Translations under genes and position numbers: made by a program
Part shown: positions 48,485-56,793 of the stretch, piece by piece
Position numbering within the stretch: the first letter of the stretch is position 1
Layout: each line of letters starts with the position of its first letter
From: Candidatus Omnitrophota bacterium
GTDB lineage: Bacteria; Omnitrophota; Gorgyraeia; Gorgyraeales; Gorgyraeaceae
Reading direction: 5' to 3'
NCBI GenBank assembly: GCA_018824145.1
Contig: JAHJHC010000088.1
Location: 2,696 to 66,695 of the forward strand
DNA length: 64,000 bases
The notes under the pieces: model-generated
The model's database searches: none
Seen by the model: only the letters and a program-made list of their open reading frames with translations
What the model was told of the DNA's origin: nothing

Positions 48485-49744
48485 ATGAAGAAGACATTTA
48501 GTATAATAAGCCTGGGTTGTCCGCGGAATCTTGTGGATTCAGAGTGCATTATCTCTGAATTTAAAAAGAAAAGATATGCATATAAGGAAAAAATTGACAA
48601 TATAGACATACTGATCATCAATACATGCGCCTTTATTGAAGACGCCAAAAAAGAATCCATAGACACTATTCTAAAAGCCATAGATGCGAAAGAAAATGAC
48701 ACAATAAAAAGAATCATAGTGACAGGGTGTCTTTCCCAGAGGTATAAGAAGGAATTACAAAGTGAATTTAAAGGCGTAGATGAGTTTAGAGGTGTCGTGG
48801 ATTTCAAGGCCACCTTTAAAAGGGATCTTACGGATTCTTTGACACCGAGCCATTCCGCGTATATTAAGATATCAGAGGGATGCAGGAATAGATGCAGCTA
48901 TTGTATAATACCTTACATTAAAGGGCCTTATAGGAGCAGGCCTATGGACTCAATAGTAAAAGAATCCGAAGACTTATTTAAGAAAGGTGTCAGAGAGATT
49001 GTCTTAGTGGGACAGGACACGTCTCTTTATGGCGTAGATTTATACAAGAAAAAAATCCTGGGTGTGTTATTGAAAAAATTAGACAAGATCTCAGGAGAGA
49101 ATTGGGTCAGAGTCCTTTACTCTCATCCTGCGAATTTAGATAGAAGCATAATAGAGATAATCAGGGACAGTAAGAATATCTGCAGATATATTGATTTACC
49201 CATTGAACACATAAGCGACAGGATATTGCGACAGATGGGACGGAAGACTAAAAAGAAAGATATAATTTCATTGATCGGATATATCCGTAGTAGCGTGCCT
49301 GATATAGCATTGCGAACATCTATAATCGTCGGCTTTCCCGGCGAGACAGAAAGGGATTTCCAGGAGCTTTTGTCATTTATTAAGGCGATTAAATTTGAAA
49401 GATTGGGACTCTTCAGGTATTCTAGAGAGGAAGGTACCCCTGCAGCTAAGTTTAAAAACCAGTTGTCAGAGAAAGAAAAAGACCGGCGTTTTAATGAAGC
49501 GATGTCGCTCCAGCAGGCAATATCCAGCGAGATAAACGAGAATTTCAAGGATAAAGTATTAAAGGTCTTGATCGAAAATAGGGAAGAGGATTATTATATA
49601 GCTAGGACCCAATACGACGCGCCGGAGGTGGACGGGGTGGTGTATGTAAAAGGTGAAAATTTAAGGATAGGCGATTTTTACAATGTCCGTATAACCGATA
49701 CCTACGAGTATGATTTAGTAGGAGAATATGAACCTTGCAAATAA
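48485..49744 (+). CDS. rimO: Ribosomal protein S12 methylthiotransferase
   Basis: SLGCPRNLVDSE, INTCAFI, KISEGCRNRCSYC, APEVDG (TRAM domain). Confidence 0.95.
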   Translation: MKKTFSIISLGCPRNLVDSECIISEFKKKRYAYKEKIDNIDILIINTCAFIEDAKKESIDTILKAIDAKENDTIKRIIVTGCLSQRYKKELQSEFKGVDEFRGVVDFKATFKRDLTDSLTPSHSAYIKISEGCRNRCSYCIIPYIKGPYRSRPMDSIVKESEDLFKKGVREIVLVGQDTSLYGVDLYKKKILGVLLKKLDKISGENWVRVLYSHPANLDRSIIEIIRDSKNICRYIDLPIEHISDRILRQMGRKTKKKDIISLIGYIRSSVPDIALRTSIIVGFPGETERDFQELLSFIKAIKFERLGLFRYSREEGTPAAKFKNQLSEKEKDRRFNEAMSLQQAISSEINENFKDKVLKVLIENREEDYYIARTQYDAPEVDGVVYVKGENLRIGDFYNVRITDTYEYDLVGEYEPCK

Positions 49745-50294
49745 ACTAACGATTTCCAGGATGATCCTGGCAGTCATATTTATACTTTCTTTATTTATCA
49801 GAGGTGTGGGTGCAAAATTTTTTGCCCTAGCCGTATTCTTGACTGCTTGCGTTACGGATTATTACGACGGGTTAATAGCAAGGAAGAAGGAGATTATTAC
49901 AGAATTCGGCAAACTCATGGACCCGATCGCTGATAAGATCTTGATTTTAGGCGCCTTTCTGGCATTTGTTGAGATGAAAATAATACCTTCATGGATGGTG
50001 ATGGTGATTATTGCCAGAGAACTTGTTATTACAGGGATAAGGATAATTGCTCTATCAAGAAAAAAAGTCCTCTCAGCCTCAATGGCAGGGAAGCATAAAA
50101 CAGTTTCGCAGATGGTGGCAGTGTTGTCTGTACTGATCTTTTTGATAATCAGGGATTCGGGGTTTACTTTCCAATATATAGAGTATTATAGTTCAGGCGT
50201 CTATATGCTTATGTTAATTACTGTTTTGATGACATTGACATCCGGCGTTTCCTTTATGCTAAAAAATAAATATATTTTCATGGGTGAAGAATGA
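49728..50294 (+). CDS. pgsA: CDP-diacylglycerol--glycerol-3-phosphate 3-phosphatidyltransferase
   Basis: NLANKLTISR, TDYYDGLIAR...FGKLMDPIADK. Confidence 0.95.
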   Translation: MNLANKLTISRMILAVIFILSLFIRGVGAKFFALAVFLTACVTDYYDGLIARKKEIITEFGKLMDPIADKILILGAFLAFVEMKIIPSWMVMVIIARELVITGIRIIALSRKKVLSASMAGKHKTVSQMVAVLSVLIFLIIRDSGFTFQYIEYYSSGVYMLMLITVLMTLTSGVSFMLKNKYIFMGEE

Positions 50295-50743
50295 AGATAA
50301 TCGATAATTTATGTAAAATAATCGCAAGTGTTTTCTATATAGGATATTTTCCCGTGGCCCCGGGCAGCATGGGGAGCTTTGCGGCGCTGTTTTTATACTA
50401 TTTTATAAAAGAGAGTCCGCTGCTTATGGGGGTTGCTATTATAGTAGCTCTTATACTCGGCCTTATAACTGCAGGCAGGGCAGATAGCCTTTTTGGAGGA
50501 AAAGATTCAGGTGAGATTATAATAGATGAATTCATGGGCATGCTGGTGAGCTTGATCTTTTTACCTGCGACCATGGGTTATATAGTATCAGCATTCTTAC
50601 TCTTCAGATTTTTCGATATAATAAAGCCTAAACCCATATCTGGTCTTGAAGAATTAGGCGGAGGCCTGGGGATAATGGCAGACGACCTGATGGCTGGGAT
50701 ATATACGAATTTGATATTACAGGTTGTGTATAGATTGTTGTAG
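50291..50743 (+). CDS. pgpA: Phosphatidylglycerophosphatase A
   Basis: PVAPGSMGS, IIIDEFMG, FRFFDIIKP, GIMADD. Confidence 0.93.
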   Translation: MKIIDNLCKIIASVFYIGYFPVAPGSMGSFAALFLYYFIKESPLLMGVAIIVALILGLITAGRADSLFGGKDSGEIIIDEFMGMLVSLIFLPATMGYIVSAFLLFRFFDIIKPKPISGLEELGGGLGIMADDLMAGIYTNLILQVVYRLL

Positions 50744-50754
50744 TTGCAGCTACA
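50739..50754. repeat. Collapsed GTAG-REP palindrome at the pgpA/thpR convergence
   Basis: TGTAGTTGCAGCTACA has the same ends as the doublets at 42243 and 44404. Confidence 0.65.
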
Positions 50755-51325
50755 TTGGTTTGGTTAGATACGATTCTGCCAAAGGTGTATAGATAGCGCC
50801 TTTTGGCGTGAGCGTGCTTTGGAAGAGGATGAGCTTATCAATCTTGATCTCATCCTGAAACTGAAGCCCTGTTTCAGAGATGATTTTTGTAAGTCCTGAT
50901 ATATTTTTTAAAGATTTGACCCTTCCGAGCGTGAGATGGGTCTTGAACTCACGCTTTTCTTTTGCGAAGTTCAATCTTTCCAAAGCTGTCTCTACTGAAT
51001 TAGCTAAAAGTATTACATTTTCTTTACCTTTATCAATCCCTATCCAGATAACCCTTGGTCGCTGCAGGTTAGGGAATGCTCCTATCTTTGAAAGTTTGAT
51101 ATTAAACTGAGTAAAATTTTCTGATATATTCTTAAGCGCTTCGGAGATATTTGGCACTAGACTCCCATCTATATTCCCAAGGAATTTCAGAGTCAGATGC
51201 ATCTGGTTTTCAGTTACCCATTTGATCTGGGTGTTGGATTTTTTGAATTGGGTTATGAGATCGGAGAGTTTTTGTTTATTGGGCTCGTCTATTTCTATAG
51301 CTACAAAAGCACGGATTGTGTCCAT
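50750..51325 (-). CDS. thpR: RNA 2',3'-cyclic phosphodiesterase (2H family)
   Basis: RAFVAI, HLTLKFLG, PRVIWIG, HLTLGR. Confidence 0.93.
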   Translation of the reverse strand: MDTIRAFVAIEIDEPNKQKLSDLITQFKKSNTQIKWVTENQMHLTLKFLGNIDGSLVPNISEALKNISENFTQFNIKLSKIGAFPNLQRPRVIWIGIDKGKENVILLANSVETALERLNFAKEKREFKTHLTLGRVKSLKNISGLTKIISETGLQFQDEIKIDKLILFQSTLTPKGAIYTPLAESYLTKPM

Positions 51326-51327
51326 AG

Positions 51328-52563
51328 TTAGTGTAATCGCATCATATCGAGCGCTGCCTGCGTGGCCTTACGCTTTATTATCTCACGCTGTCCCAGAAAG
51401 TAGAATTCTTTACATACGCATTTATTTTTCTTGGAGAGAGCTATATACACCTGTCCCACAGGCTTTTTCTTAGTGCCGCCTCCTGGCCCGGCAATGCCGC
51501 TTATGCCAATGCCTATGTCGGACCCTCCTAATAATCTTACATTTTTTGCCATTAAGCTGGCGACATTTTTTGAAACTGCGCCGTATTGTGTTATTGTTTT
51601 AGGAGGGATGTTGAGAATCTTGGTTTTTGCCTCGTTACTATAAGCTACAATCCCCATTTTAAAATATTCAGAACTTCCTGGTATATTTGTAATTCTATTT
51701 GCAAGAAGCCCGCCTGTACAGGATTCAGCGATAGACAAGGATTTTTTACTTTTCAAAAGACTTTTTCCGACGACTTCTTCCAGGGTCTCATTGTCATATC
51801 CGAAGATATGATTTTTCAGCCGCGCCTCGATCTTTTTTTCTATTTTACTTATAGTAAAATCCACGTTTTTTTTATCTTGGTCAGTCACGGTTATCTTTAC
51901 AGATATTTCTCCTGGATGAGGATATATGCCCATTTGGACATTGCCCTCGATTTTTAATATATCCTCGATTTTTTCATTTACCTCTGATTCCGGGAGCCCG
52001 GTTATTTTTATTATTCTGGATTTAATTATTTTATCTGGCCGGAATCTATCTTTAAGGAAATTGCTCACGTCTTTTTCTATCATGGGTTGCATCTCAAAAG
52101 GTACGCCTGGCAGGGCTATTAATATTTTCTTGCGTGCAGGGATTATTAATCCCGGTGCAGTCCCGATGTCATTTAATATTACCTTAGCGCCTTCCGGGAT
52201 ATAGGCCTGGCGGAGATTATTGGCAGGCATTTTTAATTTCCGCTTTTTAAAGTGTGCCTTTATATGATTTTCAACGACTTTACTAAAGATTAATTTTCTG
52301 TAGAGTGCTTGTGATATGCATTCTAGCGTTAGATCATCTACAGTAGGGCCAAGCCCGCCGGTAAGTATAACGATATTGGAGTCGGTAAGAGATTCTTTTA
52401 TAGAAGAGATTATGACTACAGGATCGTCAGGGATGGATATCTCTCTAATGGTCTTTATGCCGATACTAGAGAGTCTCCTTGCTATGTACTGGGCATTGGT
52501 ATTATTAATATGGCCCAGCATGATCTCGTTTCCTATACAAATTATGTGAGCGGATATTTCCAT
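51328..52563 (-). CDS. cinA: Competence/damage-inducible protein A (MoCF + NMN deamidase domains)
   Basis: IGNEIMLG..NTNA, TGGLGPT.DD, AESCTGG, GIAGPGGG. Start at MEISAH (52563). Confidence 0.93.
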   Translation of the reverse strand: MEISAHIICIGNEIMLGHINNTNAQYIARRLSSIGIKTIREISIPDDPVVIISSIKESLTDSNIVILTGGLGPTVDDLTLECISQALYRKLIFSKVVENHIKAHFKKRKLKMPANNLRQAYIPEGAKVILNDIGTAPGLIIPARKKILIALPGVPFEMQPMIEKDVSNFLKDRFRPDKIIKSRIIKITGLPESEVNEKIEDILKIEGNVQMGIYPHPGEISVKITVTDQDKKNVDFTISKIEKKIEARLKNHIFGYDNETLEEVVGKSLLKSKKSLSIAESCTGGLLANRITNIPGSSEYFKMGIVAYSNEAKTKILNIPPKTITQYGAVSKNVASLMAKNVRLLGGSDIGIGISGIAGPGGGTKKKPVGQVYIALSKKNKCVCKEFYFLGQREIIKRKATQAALDMMRLH

Positions 52564-52570
52564 GAATATT

Positions 52571-52599
52571 ATTATATGCAATATCTATCCTATAAGCAA
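52571..52599 (-). promoter_or_regulatory. sigma70 promoter of cinA-thpR
   Basis: Minus strand TTGCTT-17 nt-TATAAT, 7 nt before ATG. Confidence 0.6.
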
Positions 52600-52681
52600 T
52601 ATTTTAAAAAATTTAAAAATATATGAAAGAAAATACATATGATTGGTGTCTGATATATAAGGAGGTGATGCCATAATTTGC

Positions 52682-52710
52682 TTTACTTTAAGGAGTTGGA
52701 GCTGTATAAT
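52682..52710 (+). promoter_or_regulatory. sigma70 promoter of recA
   Basis: TTTACT-17 nt-TATAAT. Confidence 0.55.
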
Positions 52711-52750
52711 TTTAATAATATTGTGCTGTAAAAAAAACCGGAGGTATATC

Positions 52751-53782
52751 ATGGCAAAAAAAGAAGAGAAAAAGATAATAGCTGTAGTAGATAAAGATGG
52801 AAAGGAAAAGGCGTTAAATCTGGCAGTTACGCAGATAGAGAAACAGTTTGGCAAAGGTTCTATAATGCGGCTTGGTAAAGAGACAAAGTTCGAGGTTGAC
52901 GCAATCCCAACCGGCGCATTGTCTTTGGACCTTGCTTTGGGTATAGGCGGTGTTCCTAGAGGTAGGGTTATAGAGATTTTCGGGCCTGAGGCAGGAGGGA
53001 AGACCACATTGACCTTGAGCATTATTTCAGAGGTACAGAAGCGTGGCGGAGTAGCTGCGTTTATAGATGCCGAACATGCATTGGATCCTAGCTATGCCAA
53101 GAAATTAAGGGTAAATCTGGATGACCTTTTGATCTCACAGCCGGACACAGGTGAACAGGCCCTTGATATTGCAGAGATGCTCGTAAGGAGCAATGCAGTT
53201 GATTTGATTGTTGTGGATTCAGTGGCTGCGCTTGTGCCAAGGGCAGAGATAGAGGGAGAAATGGGAGATAGGCATATCGGGCTTCAGGCTAGGCTCATGT
53301 CACAGGCATTGAGGAAGTTGACAGCTATCATCTCAAAGACGAATACATGTGTTGTTTTTATAAATCAGATAAGAGAAAAGATCGGCGTTATGTTTGGTAA
53401 CCCCGAGACCACTACAGGCGGCAGGGCATTAAAATTTTATTCTTCAGTGAGGCTTGATTTAAGAAAGATAAGCAGCATAAAAACAGGGGATAGTATAATC
53501 GGCGCAAGGATAAGGGCAAAGGTTGTAAAGAATAAAGTTGCCCCTCCTTTTAGAAACGCAGAATTTGACATTATGCACGACGAAGGCATCTCAAAATCAG
53601 GGAGCATTTTGGATTTAGGCGTAAATATGGGGATTTTAGAAAAATCCGGTACATGGATGACATTCGGAAGTGAAAAGATCGGCCAGGGTAGAGAATCAGC
53701 CCGGGAATTCTTAAAGAGTAATGCCAAGGTTTGTAATGATATAGAAAAAAAGATCAGAGAAACTATAGCAGCCAAAAAATAA
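52751..53782 (+). CDS. recA: Recombinase A
   Basis: [43 protein letters not shown] 52751 follows GGAGGT. Confidence 0.98.
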   Translation: MAKKEEKKIIAVVDKDGKEKALNLAVTQIEKQFGKGSIMRLGKETKFEVDAIPTGALSLDLALGIGGVPRGRVIEIFGPEAGGKTTLTLSIISEVQKRGGVAAFIDAEHALDPSYAKKLRVNLDDLLISQPDTGEQALDIAEMLVRSNAVDLIVVDSVAALVPRAEIEGEMGDRHIGLQARLMSQALRKLTAIISKTNTCVVFINQIREKIGVMFGNPETTTGGRALKFYSSVRLDLRKISSIKTGDSIIGARIRAKVVKNKVAPPFRNAEFDIMHDEGISKSGSILDLGVNMGILEKSGTWMTFGSEKIGQGRESAREFLKSNAKVCNDIEKKIRETIAAKK

Positions 53783-53797
53783 TTAACGACTACGACA

Positions 53798-53826
53798 TTC
53801 GGCAACACGTGCCCCGTGCTGCCGAA
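53798..53826. other. Intergenic hairpin between recA and htrA
   Basis: TTCGGCAACACG-TGCCC-CGTGCTGCCGAA (12-bp stem, one mismatch); no U-tract on the + strand. Confidence 0.5.
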
Positions 53827-53838
53827 AGGGTTAAAAAA

Positions 53839-55287
53839 ATGCAAAGAATAAAAATACCTCTTTTAACCATCACAATTCTCCTGTTGGCAACCCTTTCTTA
53901 TGCAGAACCTCCAAAGGAAGCGCTTTGTCTGCAGGATGCTTTCTCTAAGGTCTCTGAAGAAGTAGGTCCTGCAGTAGTCAATATAAGCATAGTACAGACA
54001 GAGCGCTATCAGAGGGTATATTACCCGTTTTCCCAATTTGAGGATGAATTTTTCAAGGACTTCTTTGATGATTTTTTTGTGGACGGCCCTCAAAGGGAAT
54101 ATAAAAAAGTAGGGGTAGGTTCCGGTGTTATTATCGATAAACAGGGACACATCCTTACCAACGAACATGTTATCCAAAACGCTGATAAGATTACAGTCAC
54201 TCTTTCTGACGGAAGGGAGTTCGAAGGCCTATTGACAGGGTCTGACGTATATTCAGACCTGGCTATTATAGAGATCGACCCTAAAGGCGAAGACCTGCCG
54301 TTTGCAAGGCTGGGTGATTCAGACGGGGTAAAGATAGGGCAATGGGCAATAGCCATTGGCAATCCTTTTGCGTTTGCAGTAAAAAATCCAGAACCGACAC
54401 TTACAGTAGGTGTTGTAAGCGCCTTAAATAGAAGCCTCCCCAGGACAGATAAACGGGTCAGGGAATATTCTGATTTGATTCAGACAGACGCGTCCATTAA
54501 TCCCGGCAATAGCGGAGGGCCTCTTTTAAATATCTATGGAGAAATCATAGGCATAAATGTCGCTATTTTTACATTGAGCGGAGGTTCAGAGGGAATAGGT
54601 TTTGCAATCCCGATAAATGCTGCTAAAAAGATAATGAAGGATTTGATTGAAGGCAGACAAGTCCTTCACGGCTGGCTTGGCGTCGTGATTCAGGATGTCG
54701 ACGCTGATATCGCCGGATATTTTGGTTTCAGAGATAATCAAGGTGTCTTGGTTTCCATGGTTGTGGAAGGCAGCCCTGCCGAGTATGCTGGTTTAAGATC
54801 AAAGGATGTTATAATCTCTTTTGAAAATGAAAATATAAGGAACACCCAGGATCTAATAAGAAGGGTCCTGAAAAAAGAAGTTGGAGATAAAGCTACTCTT
54901 GGCGTCATCAGGGGAGGCAGGCAATATTCAGTGGATGTAGAGATAGGGGCAAGGCCTGGGGAACAACCACAGGAGGCATTTGAAAAGAAAGAGGATATAA
55001 AATCAGCTGAGGTTAAAGATATAAAATATTGGAGAGGGCTTGAAGCCTCTGATATCACATCTGAAATGGCTTTGCGATATAAGCTGGAGGTTGATAGCGG
55101 AGTAATAGTGATAAACGTAGAGCCGGCTAGCCCTGCAGAGAATGCCGGAATAAGAAGGGGAGATATTATTTACGAGATAAATAGAGCGCCTATCAATAGT
55201 ATGAGAGATTATATAAATATAGTCAGCAGGGTTTCAGGCGACGCTTTGGTCGGGACGTATAGAGGGTATGTGGTGGTTAAGGAGTAA
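53839..55287 (+). CDS. htrA: HtrA/DegP/DegQ serine protease with two PDZ domains
   Basis: Signal peptide; TNEHV, DLAII, QTDASINPGNSGGP. ATG 53839 preferred. Confidence 0.93.
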   Translation: MQRIKIPLLTITILLLATLSYAEPPKEALCLQDAFSKVSEEVGPAVVNISIVQTERYQRVYYPFSQFEDEFFKDFFDDFFVDGPQREYKKVGVGSGVIIDKQGHILTNEHVIQNADKITVTLSDGREFEGLLTGSDVYSDLAIIEIDPKGEDLPFARLGDSDGVKIGQWAIAIGNPFAFAVKNPEPTLTVGVVSALNRSLPRTDKRVREYSDLIQTDASINPGNSGGPLLNIYGEIIGINVAIFTLSGGSEGIGFAIPINAAKKIMKDLIEGRQVLHGWLGVVIQDVDADIAGYFGFRDNQGVLVSMVVEGSPAEYAGLRSKDVIISFENENIRNTQDLIRRVLKKEVGDKATLGVIRGGRQYSVDVEIGARPGEQPQEAFEKKEDIKSAEVKDIKYWRGLEASDITSEMALRYKLEVDSGVIVINVEPASPAENAGIRRGDIIYEINRAPINSMRDYINIVSRVSGDALVGTYRGYVVVKE

Positions 55288-55300
55288 AAAGGGTATAAAG

Positions 55301-55684
55301 ATGAGATCTAAAAAACAACTGTTTGTCGTATTATCCGTGATTGTTGTGCTTATTATAAGCGGTATCTTTGTTGTTTATCGTTATACTATCGCTGATATGG
55401 TATTTTCTCCGCATTCTCTACCTCGTGTTGACTTGGATGCATGGGGACAGTTACAGAAGGGTATGACAAAAGAAGATGTTATAGCCTTACTTGGTGATTC
55501 ACATAGTAAAACCAGCCCTGTCATAACAGCAGAAAGTAACAAAACCAGCTCCGTAGATAAAGAATATTGGGAGTACAACTGGACAGACGGTCTTTCCGGC
55601 GTTTTCGGCCCTTCCCTTAGGGCTTATGTTGTTTATTTCGACGGACAAGGTAAGGTTGTTTCTTTTAGGGAACCGGTTAAGTAA
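55301..55684 (+). CDS. Small membrane-anchored SmpA/BamE-like domain protein
   Basis: N-terminal TM; LQKGMTKEDVIALLG...WEY...VYFDGQGKV. Confidence 0.6.
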   Translation: MRSKKQLFVVLSVIVVLIISGIFVVYRYTIADMVFSPHSLPRVDLDAWGQLQKGMTKEDVIALLGDSHSKTSPVITAESNKTSSVDKEYWEYNWTDGLSGVFGPSLRAYVVYFDGQGKVVSFREPVK

Positions 55685-55760
55685 TAATAGATGGAAAAAC
55701 TATCAATAGCAGCAGCAATTCCCTCAGATGAATGTTCAATAATTACAATAGAGAAAATAG

Positions 55761-55823
55761 AAATCATGGACACTTCCTGCTTTTCGCATAAAAATTCAGT
55801 AAATTAGGATGTGTCCCTAATTT
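55761..55823. repeat. Imperfect inverted repeat (GGACAC/GTGTCC family)
   Basis: AAATCATGGACACTTCCT ... AGGATGTGTCCCTAATTT (15/18 complementary). Confidence 0.55.
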
Positions 55824-55846
55824 AAAATTTAAAAAAGGAGATAGGA

Positions 55847-56260
55847 ATGAGAATTGGGAGGGTTATAGTTGGAGGTGTTGTTGTCACGGTATTTGATGCG
55901 ATTGTGGGAGCGGTTACTTGTGGCGGGGTTTTTAACTGGGTTTATAAGCTTGAGCCTGTGAATGTTTGGAAACCAATGGAAGGTGCTCCGGGGATCGGGT
56001 ATTACATAGGTGCGTTGTTGCTTAATATTTTATTTGTTGCAGTTTACGCTATGTTACAAAAGGGTATACCTGGAAAAAATAGACTGCGTAAGGGGCTGTT
56101 ATTTGGACTGTGTGTGTGGGCAGTTGGGATTCTACCTGGTATGTTTGCCACATATATGTTTATGACTGTTGCTCCTGCTGTTGTATTTTATTGGGCAATT
56201 TTGGCTTTAATCCAAGAACCACTAAAGGGATTAATAGGTGCTGCTGTATATGGGGAATAG
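55847..56260 (+). CDS. Hypothetical 4-TM membrane protein
   Basis: AAGGAG RBS; four hydrophobic segments; KGLLFGL. Confidence 0.7.
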   Translation: MRIGRVIVGGVVVTVFDAIVGAVTCGGVFNWVYKLEPVNVWKPMEGAPGIGYYIGALLLNILFVAVYAMLQKGIPGKNRLRKGLLFGLCVWAVGILPGMFATYMFMTVAPAVVFYWAILALIQEPLKGLIGAAVYGE

Positions 56261-56265
56261 TAGTA

Positions 56266-56291
56266 GTAGGGGAGACTTAAGTCTCCCCTAC
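56266..56291. repeat. Perfect 26-bp GTAG-type palindrome
   Basis: GTAGGGGAGACTTAAGTCTCCCCTAC. Confidence 0.85.
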
Positions 56292-56295
56292 AGTT

Positions 56296-56718
56296 GTGGA
56301 TAACTTTACTATGGGCGTGTATGTTTATTGCATAAAAGAAGATTATGTGTATAAATCTTCTATAAAAGGGCGAGAGTTTGAGAATGAGTGGTTTCGATTG
56401 GCGAAGGATGGGACAGTGATTGTGAAAGGGTCGAATAAAAGAGGGTATGCTTGGGATGGTTGTAGTCTCAAATTCAAGATTAAGGATGTTTATTTTGGGA
56501 CACCTGAAGCTGTTTTGAATGTTTCCACAGGAAAGAGTAAGACGTATTATGCTTCCATGATCCACGATATTTTTTATCAATTCAGTAAAGATGTGAAGTC
56601 GTTTATTAAGCGTAAAGAAGTTGACAAGGAGTTTTATGTTATTCTGAAAAGAGACAATTTTAGATTTTCAAAATTATATTATAGATTTGTACGTATGTTA
56701 GGGTGGTTATTCTGGTAA
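56296..56718 (+). CDS. DUF1353-like hypothetical protein
   Basis: GYAWDGCS, ASMIHDIFYQ, RKEVDKEF, YRFVR..G. Start GTG 56296 or ATG 56311. Confidence 0.6.
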   Translation: MDNFTMGVYVYCIKEDYVYKSSIKGREFENEWFRLAKDGTVIVKGSNKRGYAWDGCSLKFKIKDVYFGTPEAVLNVSTGKSKTYYASMIHDIFYQFSKDVKSFIKRKEVDKEFYVILKRDNFRFSKLYYRFVRMLGWLFW

Positions 56719-56793
56719 GTAGCATGGGGACACTTTTAATCTTGAAAAAGGGGACAGGTGCAAAGCTAAAATCGCAAACGGTACAATAATTTT

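Noticed and set aside
52658-52675. Perfect SD followed by ATG-CCA-TAA upstream of recA (mini-ORF or type I toxin-like start)
   Set aside because: There is no spacing between SD and ATG, only two codons, and it lies upstream of the predicted recA promoter; no support for function.
52700-52745. LexA/SOS box upstream of recA
   Set aside because: CTGT-A8-CCGG is only a partial match to the gammaproteobacterial box, and no convincing palindrome was found.
42276-53838. Longer N-termini in the ORF track for pnp, uppP, ftsK, rimO, cinA, recA and htrA
   Set aside because: The extensions translate REP, promoter or upstream-gene DNA; downstream ATGs match family N-termini and RBS or promoter positions.
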